This document shows positions 38,611 through 51,589 of a DNA stretch of 64,000 nucleotides, piece after piece. A program made the position numbers and the translations under genes. Origin of the DNA: Glaucostegus cemiculus (lineage: Eukaryota); the NCBI GenBank assembly GCA_976551045.1, contig CDPCPM010000335.1, positions 3,286,001 to 3,350,000 of the forward strand. Reading direction: 5' to 3'. Under the pieces are notes generated by a model. The model had not been told where the DNA came from and did not search any database. It saw only the letters and a program-made list of their open reading frames with translations. The stretch's first letter is position 1. Every line of letters begins with the position of its first letter.

Positions 38611-39502
38611 TAAGTCGTGGAATCCTGATTGAATGTGGAAGCATAACATTCAGTTGATCACCTTCATTCTGGTTAAGTGACCAATTGAGACCAATCACCT
38701 TTTCTGCAGCCTTGTAAGTGAAGATAAATCAAATACTCATCTGGACATATTTTAAACATAATGAGGATATTTGCCTCTGCTATCCATTCACACAGTGAGT
38801 TCCATATACCTCAGCCCTCTTTGTGTGGAATTATGTCTTCAACTCCCCTTTAATATTTCCAACCATAATCTTAAATCCATCCTCTCTAATTATTTTGAGC
38901 ACTATTCAAGGGGGAAAATGGAAAATTCAATGATTTTGGTGTTTGATCCAGAATCACTCAATTGAATTGCCGTTTGATTGAGAGGTCACACTTCCATTTG
39001 TTTAGTTTGTAGAAGCCATATAAAGTATAAGATATCATGACTGTCATTTTCATCATGGTTTCATTCATACAATAGTCAGACATGAGTCAATAGACCTGTT
39101 AGGATACAAATGTTATCTCTTCTCATAAAACTGGGATTTCTGCTCACCATCCGGGGCATCAGCTGGAAGCAATGGTTGTATTAGTTGGCAAAGCATCAAT
39201 TCATCACAAGAGTTAAATTACATAGGATCCAATGGCAAGCAGGCTATTGTTTTTTTCTTCCAGATGGAATATGTTCCTTACGCCTCATCTTCATGTGGAT
39301 GACTGATTTGGCAACATTAGAATGAGACCACATAATACAAATTTGTGAACTGCCACCAGAGTTGGGTCTCCTCGGAAACCCAGAATTGGAACTGATCTCA
39401 GACATCTAGTCAGTTGAGAATATGATCGTTCTGCTATGTAAAAGTGTAGGGATGTTCTTTCCGTTGCCAAATATTTCCAGGTATAGCCATCCCTCATTTT
39501 GT

Positions 39503-40664
39503 TAGACCATAAGGCATCGGAGCAGAATTAGGCCATTTGGCCCTTCAAGTCTGCTCTGCCATTCGATCACGGCTGATTTATTTTTCCCACTGAACCCATT
39601 CTCCTGCCTTCTCCCTGTAACATTTGGCACCCTTACTAATCAAGGACCTATCAACCTCTGATTTAAATATACCCAATTACTTGGTCCCCACAGCCATCTG
39701 TGGCAATGAATTCCACAGATTAGCCACCCTCTGGCTAAAGAAATTCCCCTGCATCTCTGATCCAAAGGATTGTCCTTCCATGCTGAGGCCGTGCCCTCTG
39801 ATCAGAGACTCTTCCACTACTGGAAACATCCTCTCCACATCCACTCTATCCAGGCATTTCATATTCAGTAGGTTTCAATGAGATCCCCACTCATCCTTCT
39901 AAACTCCAATGAGTACAAGCCCAGAAAGCTCCTCATGCATTAACCCTTTCTTTCCCAGGATCATTCTTGTAAACCTCCTTTGGACCCTCTCCAACACCAG
40001 CACATCCTTCCTTAGATATGGGGCCCCAAACTGCTCACAATAGTCCAAATGTGGCCTGACCAACATGTTATAAAGCCTCAGCATTACATCCTTGCTTTTA
40101 TATTCTAGTCCCCTTGCATTGTATTGCATTTGCCTTTCTTACATCCGACTGAACCTGTATGTTAACCTTTAGGGTATCCTGCACTAGGACTCCCAAGTCC
40201 CTTTGCACCTCTGAATTCTGAATTTGCTCCCTGGTTAGAAAATCTTTATTTCTTCTACGAAAGTACATGACTGTACACTTCCCTACGCTGTACTCCATCT
40301 GCCAATTCTTTGTTCATTCTCCCAACCTGTGCAAATCCTTCTGCAGAATCCTTTCTTCCTCAACAATACTTGCCCCTTAACCTATCTTTGTATTATCTGC
40401 AAACTTGGCCACAAAGCTCTCAATTCCATCATCCAGATCATTAACATATAATGTGAAAAGTAGCGGACCCAACACCGACACCTGCAGAACACCACTGGTC
40501 ACCAGCAGCCATCCAGCAGAGGCCCCCTTTATTCCCAATCTTTGCCTTCTGCCAGTCAGCCAATCTTCTATCCATGCTGGTACCTTTCCTGTAACACCAT
40601 GGGCTCCAATCTTGTTCAGCAGCCTTATGTGCGCCACCTTGTTAAAGGCCTTCTGAAAATCCAT
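39503..40664 (-). mobile_element. CR1 LINE 3' fragment (RT to tail)
   Basis: DFQKAFNKVAH...WIEDWLTGRRQR...FTLYVNDLD...KFADNTK and LVRPHLDYCEQF...RVANLWNSLP. A 3' hairpin lies at ~39520-39560. Confidence 0.93.
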
Positions 40665-41614
40665 TCATTGTTCATTGATCCAACAAATTTTTCATTAAGT
40701 CAGAGCCATGCTCTGGTTTCAATATGTTGTTGCTTATGAATAAAGCTTTCTGCAGCAGGAGATTTAATCTCTCTTAAGAGACAGGGGAAGAGTATGTATC
40801 TTCTGACCAGCACATGCATTGCTATTGAAAGGTAGCAATTTGATTCTTGAGACTATTACAATGATAGCCTCACAAAAGATCCACAAAAATCCAATAAGTC
40901 AACAAATGATACTATGTAAAGCAACTTGGACTGTAGTTCTCTGTTCACACACACTGTTATGGCCTCATAATAGGGGAATGCAGCAAAAAAATCTGATCCA
41001 AGCTCGACTCTCCTATTTTAAAAGGCAGATTTTGTTGATCCATCTTCCAAATGTAATTTCAGACCAGAGGTTGTGTATTTGTTGGACAAGGTTATACAGA
41101 AATGAACCTGACAGTCAACAACAAATCATGGATCAACTGATTGTTATTAACGTTTTTCAAATGTGGTTCCAATTGCCAATGGACTTAGCAATCTTTAGAG
41201 CCCTAGTACATATCTCAATCATGTCTGCTTTTACTGTAATTTCTGAGGCTAAAGTCTTGGAACATGGAAAGGTTCCAGCAAATCAGCAAATAATATGTAG
41301 CTTAGTCCAATTGTTACTACTTTTGATGTTTCTTTCTCTTAAGTGACCATGTCCAACATTAACTAATTTTATGTTGTTTAAAGGATGGGGAAGTGATATA
41401 CAAATTCTTCTAATTCCATCAGAACCACTATTTTGCGAAAGTATCCATCCACTAAATCAAGAACATTAATCCACTCATTACAAAGAATAGTTTCTGTTAT
41501 TTAGGACATAATAAAATGAATATTTGATCATAAGTAAAGATGGTCATATAATCCACACAATGCACTTCTTTTCCATACACCAGTGCAGCAGTAGAAAGCA
41601 AACTAAATAGGTTG

Positions 41615-41820
41615 GAGCAACACACACAAAATGCTGGAGGAACTCAGCAGGTCAGGCAGCATCTTTGGAGGGAACTGGATGGTTGACGTTTCGGATTGAG
41701 ACCCTTCATCTGGAGTGGAAAGATACAGGGGAGATAGCCAGTATAAAAAGGTGCGGCGAAGGGATGGAGCAAGAGCTGACAGGTGACGGATGGATCCAGG
41801 TGAGAGGGGGTAATCAGGGG
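41615..41820. repeat. Penelope-associated terminal repeat
   Basis: aaaatgctggaggaactcagcaggtcaggcagcatct...gttgacgtttcggattgagacccttcatc. Well preserved, with CpGs. Confidence 0.75.
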
Positions 41821-41987
41821 GTAAGTATATTGTACATCAGACTTGCACACACCTTATAGATGGGATTACAGTGTGCACTGATTGGGAAATATAAGCAATT
41901 ATGACCAACTCCTGAATGAGATTGGCAGGCTGCCTTGTGGCGAATCTGTGCCTAACTGGTTGCATCAATGAACAGGAGGTAACATGA

Positions 41988-42253
41988 CCATCAGAATAAG
42001 ATTTATCATCACTGTCTTGAATAACATGAAATTTGTTGTTTTGTGGAAAGACATAAAAAGCTACACATTACAAAATAAATAAATAGTGCAAACAAAAAGG
42101 AACAATGAAGTAGTGATCGTGGGTTCATGGACTGTTCAGAAATCTGATGACGGAGGGGAAGAAGCTGCTTCTGAATAGCTGAGTGTGGGTCTTCAGGCTC
42201 CTGTACCTCCTCCCCGATGGTGGTAATGAAAAGGAGGCATGTCCCAGATGATG
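41988..42253 (-). mobile_element. Short Rex1/Babar 3' fragment with inverted 5' junction
   Basis: Same 3' UTR as the 9527 and 29357 copies and encodes PSGRRYRSLKTHT...SFFPSVIRFLN. It ends in the hairpin at 42241-42273. Confidence 0.88.
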
Positions 42254-45200
42254 GGAGTCACACCATCTGGGACCCTTCTAATATCTGATAGCTAATTTGA
42301 CATGGAATAACTCAGTGACTTTTCTCAACAGTTTTGTTTTGGGGTTGGGAGTGGCCCTCACTCTCCAGAAAAATACACAGATGAGAAATTTCACTGAAGT
42401 CTCCTTGATAATTATGTTGGGGAAAGAAGGAATGTAAAAACTTATGAAAATATTTGAAAAATAAAGTAAAGTCAGGTTCTGTCTTTATATTATTGTTTGC
42501 CAAAAATTGTTCTGTCTAATTGGTACATAACTTTCATAAAATTCACTTACCCTTGACCTCCTGCCAATCTGTCATTCAGTTGTCCAACTCACCTAGAAAA
42601 TCTTGGCAAAGGAGGCAGCTGGGAGATTCTAGGTCCAGGTGGCATAGTAAAGGACAGACAAGGAGGTAGCAGGAAAATGGCTGGCTTGATAATTGTCAAG
42701 ACTTCAGAAGGTCTGATCAGAACAGAAGGTATGTACAGTGAGTTACTCCTGTAACTTGCTGCTCGGTGGGTCAGATGATCCAACCCATTGATATATTTAA
42801 GAAGTCTTTATTAGTTGTTATTTGCAATGTCTGAAGCGAAACAGATAGTCTGACATACTGGTGAGATATGGAGTTGAGCCAGATTTGCACTGAGTAATCT
42901 GATTTCAAAGTGGATGATAGGGAGGGTGTTTTAATTTGCCTCAGTTTATTATGGTCAAAAATTTTATTTTGGTCAATGGTCTAGGGTCATATTGCTTGTA
43001 GGTTTTTAGGTCTTACTATTAGGATTACTATTACTTAGGACTGCTATTTCTGAGCACTGCAGTTTACTGGGCTGAATTGTCTTAGAACCTTTGTTGTCTG
43101 AACTCACTAATCACAGCGCTTGGCTGCCTGCCTGTCCTATCACACTGAGAATATGGAGGTCTGCCTGAGCTGATCCCCGTACCCAAAAGTCATCCTGTGA
43201 ATCAGAGCAGGTTGCAAGCAGTGATTAGGCTTCAGGTTATGAGTCCTGAGGTCCTACTTCAGAAGGTCCTAATGGCTTTTTGACAGCTTGTTACGGGCAG
43301 AGACTTTGAACTATTTTTTTTAATGTTTCTGATTGTCAGAGATATTTAAAACTTGCTCAAATAAACTAAAATAATTTCAACAGACTGTTTTTCTAAATGT
43401 TTAAAAGAAATGTCTTAAAATACTACAAATTAACCAAAACGCTAAGACAAAGTAAAATAAGTAAACCTCATTTTTACAGTTTCACTCAAGGTCAATGATC
43501 CCAAACATATGAATGGGGTTTTACTTCTCAGACCATTTGAGTGTGGCATAAAACTGGAGAGCCGGATGTGAAGTGCAACCTATCCATCATTCAGTGTTAT
43601 GTCCAGTTGTGGACCATCATGTCTGACCTCCTGGCGCCTGACTGCCAAGTTCTCTTTGTTTCCTGCATGGAAATGGGACATGAACTGAAGAGTGAATGCT
43701 GGATAGACAGCAGTTTGCTGTAGAACTGTCAACTTAATGTATTTGTGGTTTGCATCATTGTCTGTGGAGAGGAGAAAGAGGATATGAATAGATAAAATCA
43801 AAGAAATTGAAGATCTGGTATAAACAGCCATACATCGTAAAAACAATGTGCTACCTCTTCTGCTCATTCATTTAAATGAATGAAACACTGGGGCAATTTT
43901 GTTACGGATGTGGGTACCTCTACTCACTGCAGTGAGGTAACCCAATGGGTGTGTTTGCAGAGACAGGAAAATCATCAGGCTGATATCATTGAGAAAAAAA
44001 ATAATTTTCTATAAAATTGTTATTCTTTACATTAACATCCTGTTTCACATTTCTTGAACTCAATGCCAAAGCATAAACAGGAATATTAATAAGCTGGCAT
44101 AAGCACTAATGCCATTAATGAGCTAAGTTTTAAAAATAACACTATAAACCAATTTTGATAATATATTAATGTAAACAGAACTATAAAAATAATTTTCAAA
44201 CTTAAAGATCTATAGTTGTAGATGGGATCAGTGCAATAGAGCTTAAGAGGATGTACTGTTTGTTATCAAAATAGATCATATAGTTGGCAACGTTAATTTT
44301 ATAGGAAACAAACACAGCCCCTTTTAATAAACCAAGAAAATAGCATGGTGCATTTGTATTACATTCTGTGCAACATAATGCTCCTTAAAGTGCTGGGAAC
44401 CTGTTAATATGTAATTTGCTTCAATTTCATATTTCTTTGTGTAATATTATTTATTGAAAAATCTTGCGCTGGTACTTATTCATCTGTGCTATGATAGAAC
44501 TTTGAACCTAGCCTGTGATCTTCCCACCCAAATTCTGCCTCAATGCCTCTTCTAACTGATTACAGTTTTTGGGAGTTGCATTGAGCAGTTCCCCCAAACG
44601 AAGGTTGAAGGTGCTAAATAAATGCAAATTGTAGTTGGTTGTATTTGAAGGTTAGTTTGTAAAATGTTAATTCAGATAATCGTCTATTTGAGAAAATATT
44701 TTGCAGTGTTTGTTGCACGAGATCAATAAAAAGGTTGAAATTATTCTCAGATGTATTTGTAAAAGTGTTTGGTATGTTAATATAAAATTAATCTGTGTGT
44801 TATTTTAACACATTCAGTAATTAGTTTCTATTGATTATCTTTGTTGCTTAGTAGTTTGAGGACTGCAATAATTGATGTTTGGTCACTAAGCAACCATTGT
44901 TTCCAACATAATAAATCACACCATGTGAATGCTGCCATCTTGCACACCACCAATAGCTATGGTCAACAGCAATAGGCTATGGAGTGCCAATCAACGCATT
45001 GCCTGATGCATAAAAGCAAAAGTGTCATTGCAATACATTCTCCCAATCTGTATATAATTATCTAGATAAAGCAACGTAAAGTGAAAATATAAATCTTGTT
45101 ATCCAATTACAGAACCTATGTTAAAAAAAGGAGTTTGACTAGGCTATTCAGTGTGTTAAAAAATAACACTCATAAATGAACAAGTAAATCTGTTCTCTAC

Positions 45201-45984
45201 AAATGTTGGTGTAAGTCATTCTATATCCTGTCACTCATTGCTCGTAGTTATGAGTGCTTCAACCATATTACAACATACTGAAGTTCCAGCTTTGTTTTTC
45301 ATTCTTAATTGAAATTTCTTTCACACAAATCTTGAAGTGAAATCCATTCACTTATATTAAGAGTAACTAAATCTTGCTTTGTGCTATTTCCTACTCACAA
45401 TTTGATGGTAGCTTGAATTCCATCTAAATGCAAGAAACAATGTTTCATCCTAACAATGCTACCTAGGTATGTTTAATATTCAGCTGCATCAGCAGATAAC
45501 TTGTTGCTTGTCTTCTCTGTCGTAGACACAGAAGTTGTATTGGTAAGCTGGAAAGTGACCACCCAGCTTGCCTTCTCCATCCCCCACCAGCAAAAGGAGC
45601 TGAAGGGAACCAAATATTTAAAACATATGACCCACCCACCCACCCACCCCAAGCTATCCTGCGTTTGTCATTTCACAGTAAATGAAATTCACAAAAACAA
45701 CTGCAGATACTGCAAATGTGAATCTTGAGCATTTCCCTCTTTTTTCTACAGATGCTGCCTGACCTGTTGAGTGTTTCCAGCACTTTCTGATTTTATGTCA
45801 TTTCACAGTGTTGACCCATATTGCAAGATAGAGACTTCATTAACAGGTTAAATCAGACAAGGAAAGCAGATAATATGTACAAAATCATGCGCAGTCTGTG
45901 GATGTGGTTTGGTTGTTTGTGAGGTTAGTATTCCTGCTGATCTTCAAAGTAAAACCAAGAAATGTTTAATGACAACCTGAGAAA

Positions 45985-46130
45985 CGATCTAATTTAATAT
46001 CATTCAAAAGGGAGCACCTTGAACAGAACAGTATTTTCTCGGTGTTGTACTGATGTATCAGCCTAGTGATTTATCTGGAGTGAGACTTGAACCCAGACCC
46101 TGCACAGTCTGAGAGTGCTGTGATTACAAC
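45985..46130 (-). mobile_element. tRNA-headed Deu-type SINE 5' portion
   Basis: tcagcctag...ctggagtgagacttgaaccca (rc B-box tgggttcaagtc) followed by gagagtgct, as in elasmobranch Deu-SINE heads. Confidence 0.55.
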
Positions 46131-46739
46131 ACAGAGATAATGTAGCATTTGCCATTTCAGAATAATTACAAAGGGAAATCCACTTCTACATTGTCATTGC
46201 AGCCTGACATGCTGATTGTAGACCTGAGGGATGGGAAAGGAAAGGATTTACTGTTTCCTTAATTTACTTTTGTTTAAAGGCTTTACTGTTTTTATGTAGT
46301 TAATTAATATTAATACTTAATGTATTAATTCATTGCATTATTTTATTTGGTTAAACTTTTTAGCAATTTTTTTATATGTTTTGGGATTTCAGATGTTTTT
46401 AAACTGTAAAGTAGCTCCACAAGGATTTTGACAGGAGACTTTGCTCCATTTCCAGCTTTGTCTCCTGTGGAAGTTAACCAGGGTGTTGTGAAGTAGGACT
46501 TTAGCTGTGGAGTAGCTGAGGCCTGGCTGTCCAGCTCTCAGGAATGGAGACAGGTAGATCAGCCCTTCGCATTTGGTCCAGGTGAATGTAGGAACCTTGC
46601 GTAGTGAGTCAAATGGAGGCAAGCTGAAACCACATGACTTGGCCCAATATGGTCCATTGTTTGAATTTTTCCTCAGATTCACTCTTCTATGGCTGTGAGT
46701 TTTACATTCTAACCAGTCTCTGGGGAAAGAAGCAGTGGG

Positions 46740-47055
46740 TAAAGGCCCTTCAGGAAAATTTAACTTTCCAAATCTGAGTAAAGTTTACTATTGAAAAGAT
46801 TTTGGGAGCACTTCACCCTTGCATCAGAGCAGGTGGACAGAGCTGATAATAAACCAAGTAAGAGCATTGATTTCGTGCATAGGAGATGAAGCTGAGAATA
46901 TGCTCACATCGCTCATACTAACAGACAATGAAATTAACAAGGAAGGCACAGCAGGGGAAAGCTTGATGCATCTTTCATCAGGCGAAGTAATGTGATTTAT
47001 GAAAGGGATAACTTAAAGCAGAGAATATCATTCCCAAATGAAGATGATACATTTA
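46740..47055 (+). mobile_element. Gypsy LTR-retrotransposon gag N-terminal fossil
   Basis: PSGKFNF...EHFTLAS, QVRALISCIGDEAENML (46856-46906) and RRSNVIYERDNLKQR match the fish Gypsy gag motifs QVNTLIY.MGDEAEDIL and RNVIYERA.FN.R. Confidence 0.75.
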
Positions 47056-47119
47056 GACAGCAAGTACTAGACTATGCATAAATATAATCAAAGATACTGA
47101 GAATAAAATGTTTTGAATT

Positions 47120-48545
47120 TTTGTAGAATGATATACTGGTTACAGCACAGAAAGAGACCATGTTGTCCATTCTGCCCTACCCAGCTCTCTATCCAGAACA
47201 ATTCCTGACTTCCACCCATTGGCCCTTTTACTGAAAAATTTGTAAATTTTTTCACCATACCAAATTTCCTCAAAAAGTCTGGAATGGAGCCTGTCTCCAC
47301 TTCCAGATTCTAACTGCACACTGTAAAATACTTCCTCATCCGCTTTGCCTGTGATGTTTAGTCCTTGATACCTTGACCAAAGGGAACATCCTCCCACTCT
47401 GTTCAGACCCCTCAACATTTCAGATCTGCCCTCAGCTTTCTCTGCTCCAGAGAAAATGATCTCAGCTTTTCTAGTCTATACCCATAACTGTAGTCACTCA
47501 TCTAGTCTTCTCAGTAGATCTTTTTGGACCCCCTTTGGTGTCTTTATATCCCTCCAATAATGTGATGGCAATACTCAAGTTGATGCTGGATAGTTGCTTT
47601 ATGAAGCTTCAGCATGAGTTCCCTGCTTTGGTACTCTTTACCTCTGTTGATAAACCCCAGAATTATGTCTGCCTTATTAACTATATTCTCAACCCACTTT
47701 CCCACCTCAATGATTTTTGCACGCATCACCCCAGATCGCTCTGCTGCTGCTCCTGTTTTAGAATGGTGTTCTTGTCTCTCCTCAAGCACCCTACCAAAAT
47801 GCATCATACTGTATTTCTCCATATTAAATTTCATCTGTCATGATTTTGCCCATTCCATTGGCCTGTTCAATTCCTGTTGCACTCTATCACTATCCTCTTC
47901 ATAATTCACAGTACTGCTGAGTTTTATGTTATCCATAAGTATAGACGTCATGGCTTGAACACCCAACTCTAAGTCATTAAATGTAGATTTAAAAAAAAAT
48001 GGCCTGTAGTATGTCACTTATTCCTTCAGTCTGATAAACAATCGTTCACTATGACTCTAAGACTTGTTACTTAACCAACTTCATATCCATTCTGTCATTG
48101 TCCCTTTTATGCCATGTGCTTCAAGTTTGCTGATAAACCCATTATGTGGCACCTTATCAAAAGCTGTCTGGAAGTCCATGTCCACCATGTGAACTAAATT
48201 TCTCTCACCTACAGCTGTTGCTTCACCTTAAAACTTTATAAATAGATTCACCACCATCTGCCTTCAACTAATCAGTGGTGCCTTGTTTAAATTAATCAAT
48301 TTGCCTCCAGGGATTATTAATCCCTTCTAAAAGCTTTCCCACCATTGAGGTTAAACTAACTAACCTGTAGTTGCTGATCCTTAGTCCTTTCTAGGAACAG
48401 GTAAGTAACATTTGTCACTTTTCTGTTCTCTGGCAGCACCCCAGTATTTACAGAGCAATGAAAGATTAAAGTTACTATCCCTACAATTTCCTCCTGCATG
48501 TCCCTCAATATCCCACAATGCATCTTATCTGATCCTGGTAACTTA
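47120..48545 (-). mobile_element. Old CR1 LINE fragment (RT to tail)
   Basis: NYRLVSLTS (~48345-48371), MDFQTAFDKVPH (~48145-48180) and MKFNMEKY...ILGFINRGKEYQSRELMLKL...LEYC. Confidence 0.88.
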
Positions 48546-48664
48546 CCTATCTTACCTCAGTCAGCTTTCTTATATTGAACACACTTTGCTTTAGCTATAA
48601 CTCCTAACCAAAATACATTCCCAATGTAATTTACATGAAGAAAAAGCATTGGTAAAAATCCTGA

Positions 48665-50760
48665 GAAGTGACGCTGGTCTGAGGAAATAGATGAGCTTCT
48701 ACGTGACAGCTTTGAGTCGGTAGACTGATCCATGTTCAAAGATTCAGCTGCCAGTTTAGGTTAGTATGTCACTTTATCAGCAAGTGTGTTGAGGACTGTG
48801 TGTCAAAGAGGATAATCCAGGTGTTCCCAAACCAGAAACCATGTACAAGCCGGGAGATCCACACCCTACCGAAGTCCAGGACTACAGCATTCAAATCAGG
48901 TGACCCCAACTTTTACAAGAAATCAAAATACAACCTCCACAAAGTTATCAGAGATTCCAAGAGACAATATCAGTCCAAATTCGGGTCCCAGACCAGCCAT
49001 CAGTTGTAGCAGGGTTTACTTGCTACAACGGGCTACAAAATGAAGTTAAGCAACATTGCTGAACAGCACGTCCTTTCCCAATGAGCTTAATGCATTCTAT
49101 GCACATTTTGAACAGAAGGTGATTGGTATGTCACCATCTACCCTGACAGCCTCCAGTGTGCCTGAACCCATAGTCACCAGTGAGGACGTAAGATCAGTCT
49201 TCCGGAGAATGAACCTGTGGAAAGCATATGGCCCAGATGGTGTCCCTGGCTGTGTCCTCAGATCCTGTGCAGATCAGCTGGTGTGGGTATTTGCAGACAT
49301 TTTTAACCTCTCCCTGCTTCAATCTGAGGTTCCCACTATCTCAAGTGGGATAGTGGGAACCTCAGATTGAAGAAGACCACTATTATCCCTGTACCTAAGA
49401 AGAACAAAGTCAATACTGACTACTGCCCGGTGCATTTGACATCCACCATCATGATGTGCTTTGAGAGGCTGGTCATGGCATGCATTAAATCCAGCCTTCC
49501 AGAAAACTTCAGCCCACTGCAACTTGCCTTCTGGTGAAACAAGACTACAGTAGACACCATCTCCCTGGCCCTACACTCACCTCTGGAGTAGCTGGATAGT
49601 AAAGACACCTATGTTAGACAATTGTTTATTGACTACAGCTCTGTCTTCAATACTATAATTCCTATCAAACTCATCATCAAACTCTAAGAGCTGGGAGTCA
49701 ACACCTCCCTTTGCAACTGGATCCTTGACTTCCTGACCAACAGACCACAATCAGTGAGGATAGGCAGCAATACTTCCGGCATGATTATTCTCAATGCTGG
49801 TGCTTCACAAGGCTACGTCCTCAGCCCTCTACTCTACTCCCTATACACTTATGACTGTATGGCCAGATTCTCCTCTAACTTCATCTACAAGTTTGCAGGT
49901 GATAACATCATGGTGAGCTGTATCTCAAATAATGAGGAGCTGGAGTACAGGAAGGAGATAGAGAGCTAAGTATCATGATGTCATGACAACAACCTTTCCC
50001 TCAGTGTCAGCAAAACAAAAGAGTAGTCATTGACTTTAGCAAGAGGGGTGGTGCACATGCTCCTGTTTACATTAATGGTGCTGAGGTTGAGGGGGTTCAG
50101 AGCTTCAAGTTCCTAGGAGTGAACATCACCAATGGCTTGTGCTCATCCAACCACATAGATGTCACAGCCAAGAATGCTAACCAGCATCTCTACTTCCTCA
50201 GGATACTAAAGAAATTTGGTATGTCCCCTTTGACCCTCACCAAGTTTTATTGATGCACCATAGAAAACATTCCATCTGGATGCATCACGGCTTGGTACAG
50301 CAGTTGCTCTGCCCTGGACCACAAGAAACTGCAGAGATTCGTGGGCACAGCTCAGCACATCACAGAAACCGGCCTCCTCTCCATGGACTCTGTCTATACT
50401 TCTCGCTGCCTCAGTAAAGCAGCCAGCATGATCAATGACCCTACCCACCATCGGGCAGAAGATACAAAAGCCTGAAAACACGTACCACCAAGCTCAAGGT
50501 CAGCTTCTATCCCACTGTTATAAGACCATTGAACAGTTCCCTAATACGATAAAATGGACTCTTGATCTTACAATCTACTTCGTTATGATCTTGCATCTTA
50601 TTGTCTATCTGTACTGCACTTTCTCTGTAGCTGTGACACTTTATTCTGCATTCTATTATTGTTTTATCTTGTATTACTTCAATGCACTGTGTAATGAATT
50701 GATCTGTCTGAAGATGTGTTTTTCACTGTACTTCATACATGTCACAATAATAAACTAATT
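48665..50760 (+). mobile_element. Rex1/Babar LINE, ~2.1 kb, degenerate RT to tail
   Basis: [69 protein letters not shown] and FKFLGV, with AATAAA near 50748. Confidence 0.93.
49317..49372. repeat. Perfect 24-bp inverted repeat (hairpin) inside Rex1
   Basis: cttcaatctgaggttcccactatc-tcaagtgg-gatagtgggaacctcagattgaag. Confidence 0.97.
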
Positions 50761-51589
50761 CCAGCAACTAATCATCTGTGATAAGTTGGCTACTCAAAGA
50801 CATGAGCATTCAACTGAAACTTAAAAACAGGTCATCTTCACACATGTAAAGCAAGTAAAAGAAAATCTATACATGTAGTCTCCTGGGCAGGTGACACCAA
50901 TGAGATTCCAGAGATTGCTGGTAATGCACAGTTTTCAGGAAAAAGCAAGAGCAAAAGAACCATTGAAGTTGCTGGAAATAAGCAACAAAATATTTTATGT
51001 TTGAGAACATTAACCATCAGGACTTTGCTTTGGGCAAGCAATGACAAGACTTGTTGCAATGTTACTGGTGCACTGAATATAAAACCCATGCTATCCTGAT
51101 CTGTACGAATGGCCCTTCTCACTGTCACTGTTGATTCTGCACTGTGTCTGAAGCAGAGCACATTGCTGCAGTGCTGTCTTTAATGCAGCATTCAAAGCAC
51201 ATCATGCATATGAAGTAAGAGCATTGACTTATTCTTCAAGATCTATTTAAATAACACTGATACATAAAATAGTCAGGCAACAATACCGATACATAGATTA
51301 GGTGTTATAACTTTATGTTCCAAGCCATGATGGATTTTGTAATTTGGATAAAGCTGTACAGAAGCAATGTTACATGTACATGGGGAATTACTGGTCCCAT
51401 ACTCACAGGCAGTGCAAGTTTTTAAATCTAATATTCAGAGCAGTTTCTGGGATTTTTAGTTTTAGTATCTTATAATTAAGAATTGTTTGTCAGAGTAATG
51501 TCATAGTGACCATTTCTTGAATCACCCAATTTCTGCTGCATGTGAGTTTAAAGTGTGCTATAAAATTTAAGCATCTGGCTCTTGTACAT

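Noticed and set aside
40819-41346. 175-aa plus-strand ORF
   Set aside because: No recognisable domain and a TTG start. The opposite strand has only a weak Penelope-like word (RALKIAKS), insufficient for a call.
43090-43235. Imperfect inverted repeat (ctaatcac...gtgattag) suggesting a MITE
   Set aside because: The arms are short and gapped, with no definable ends or TSD.
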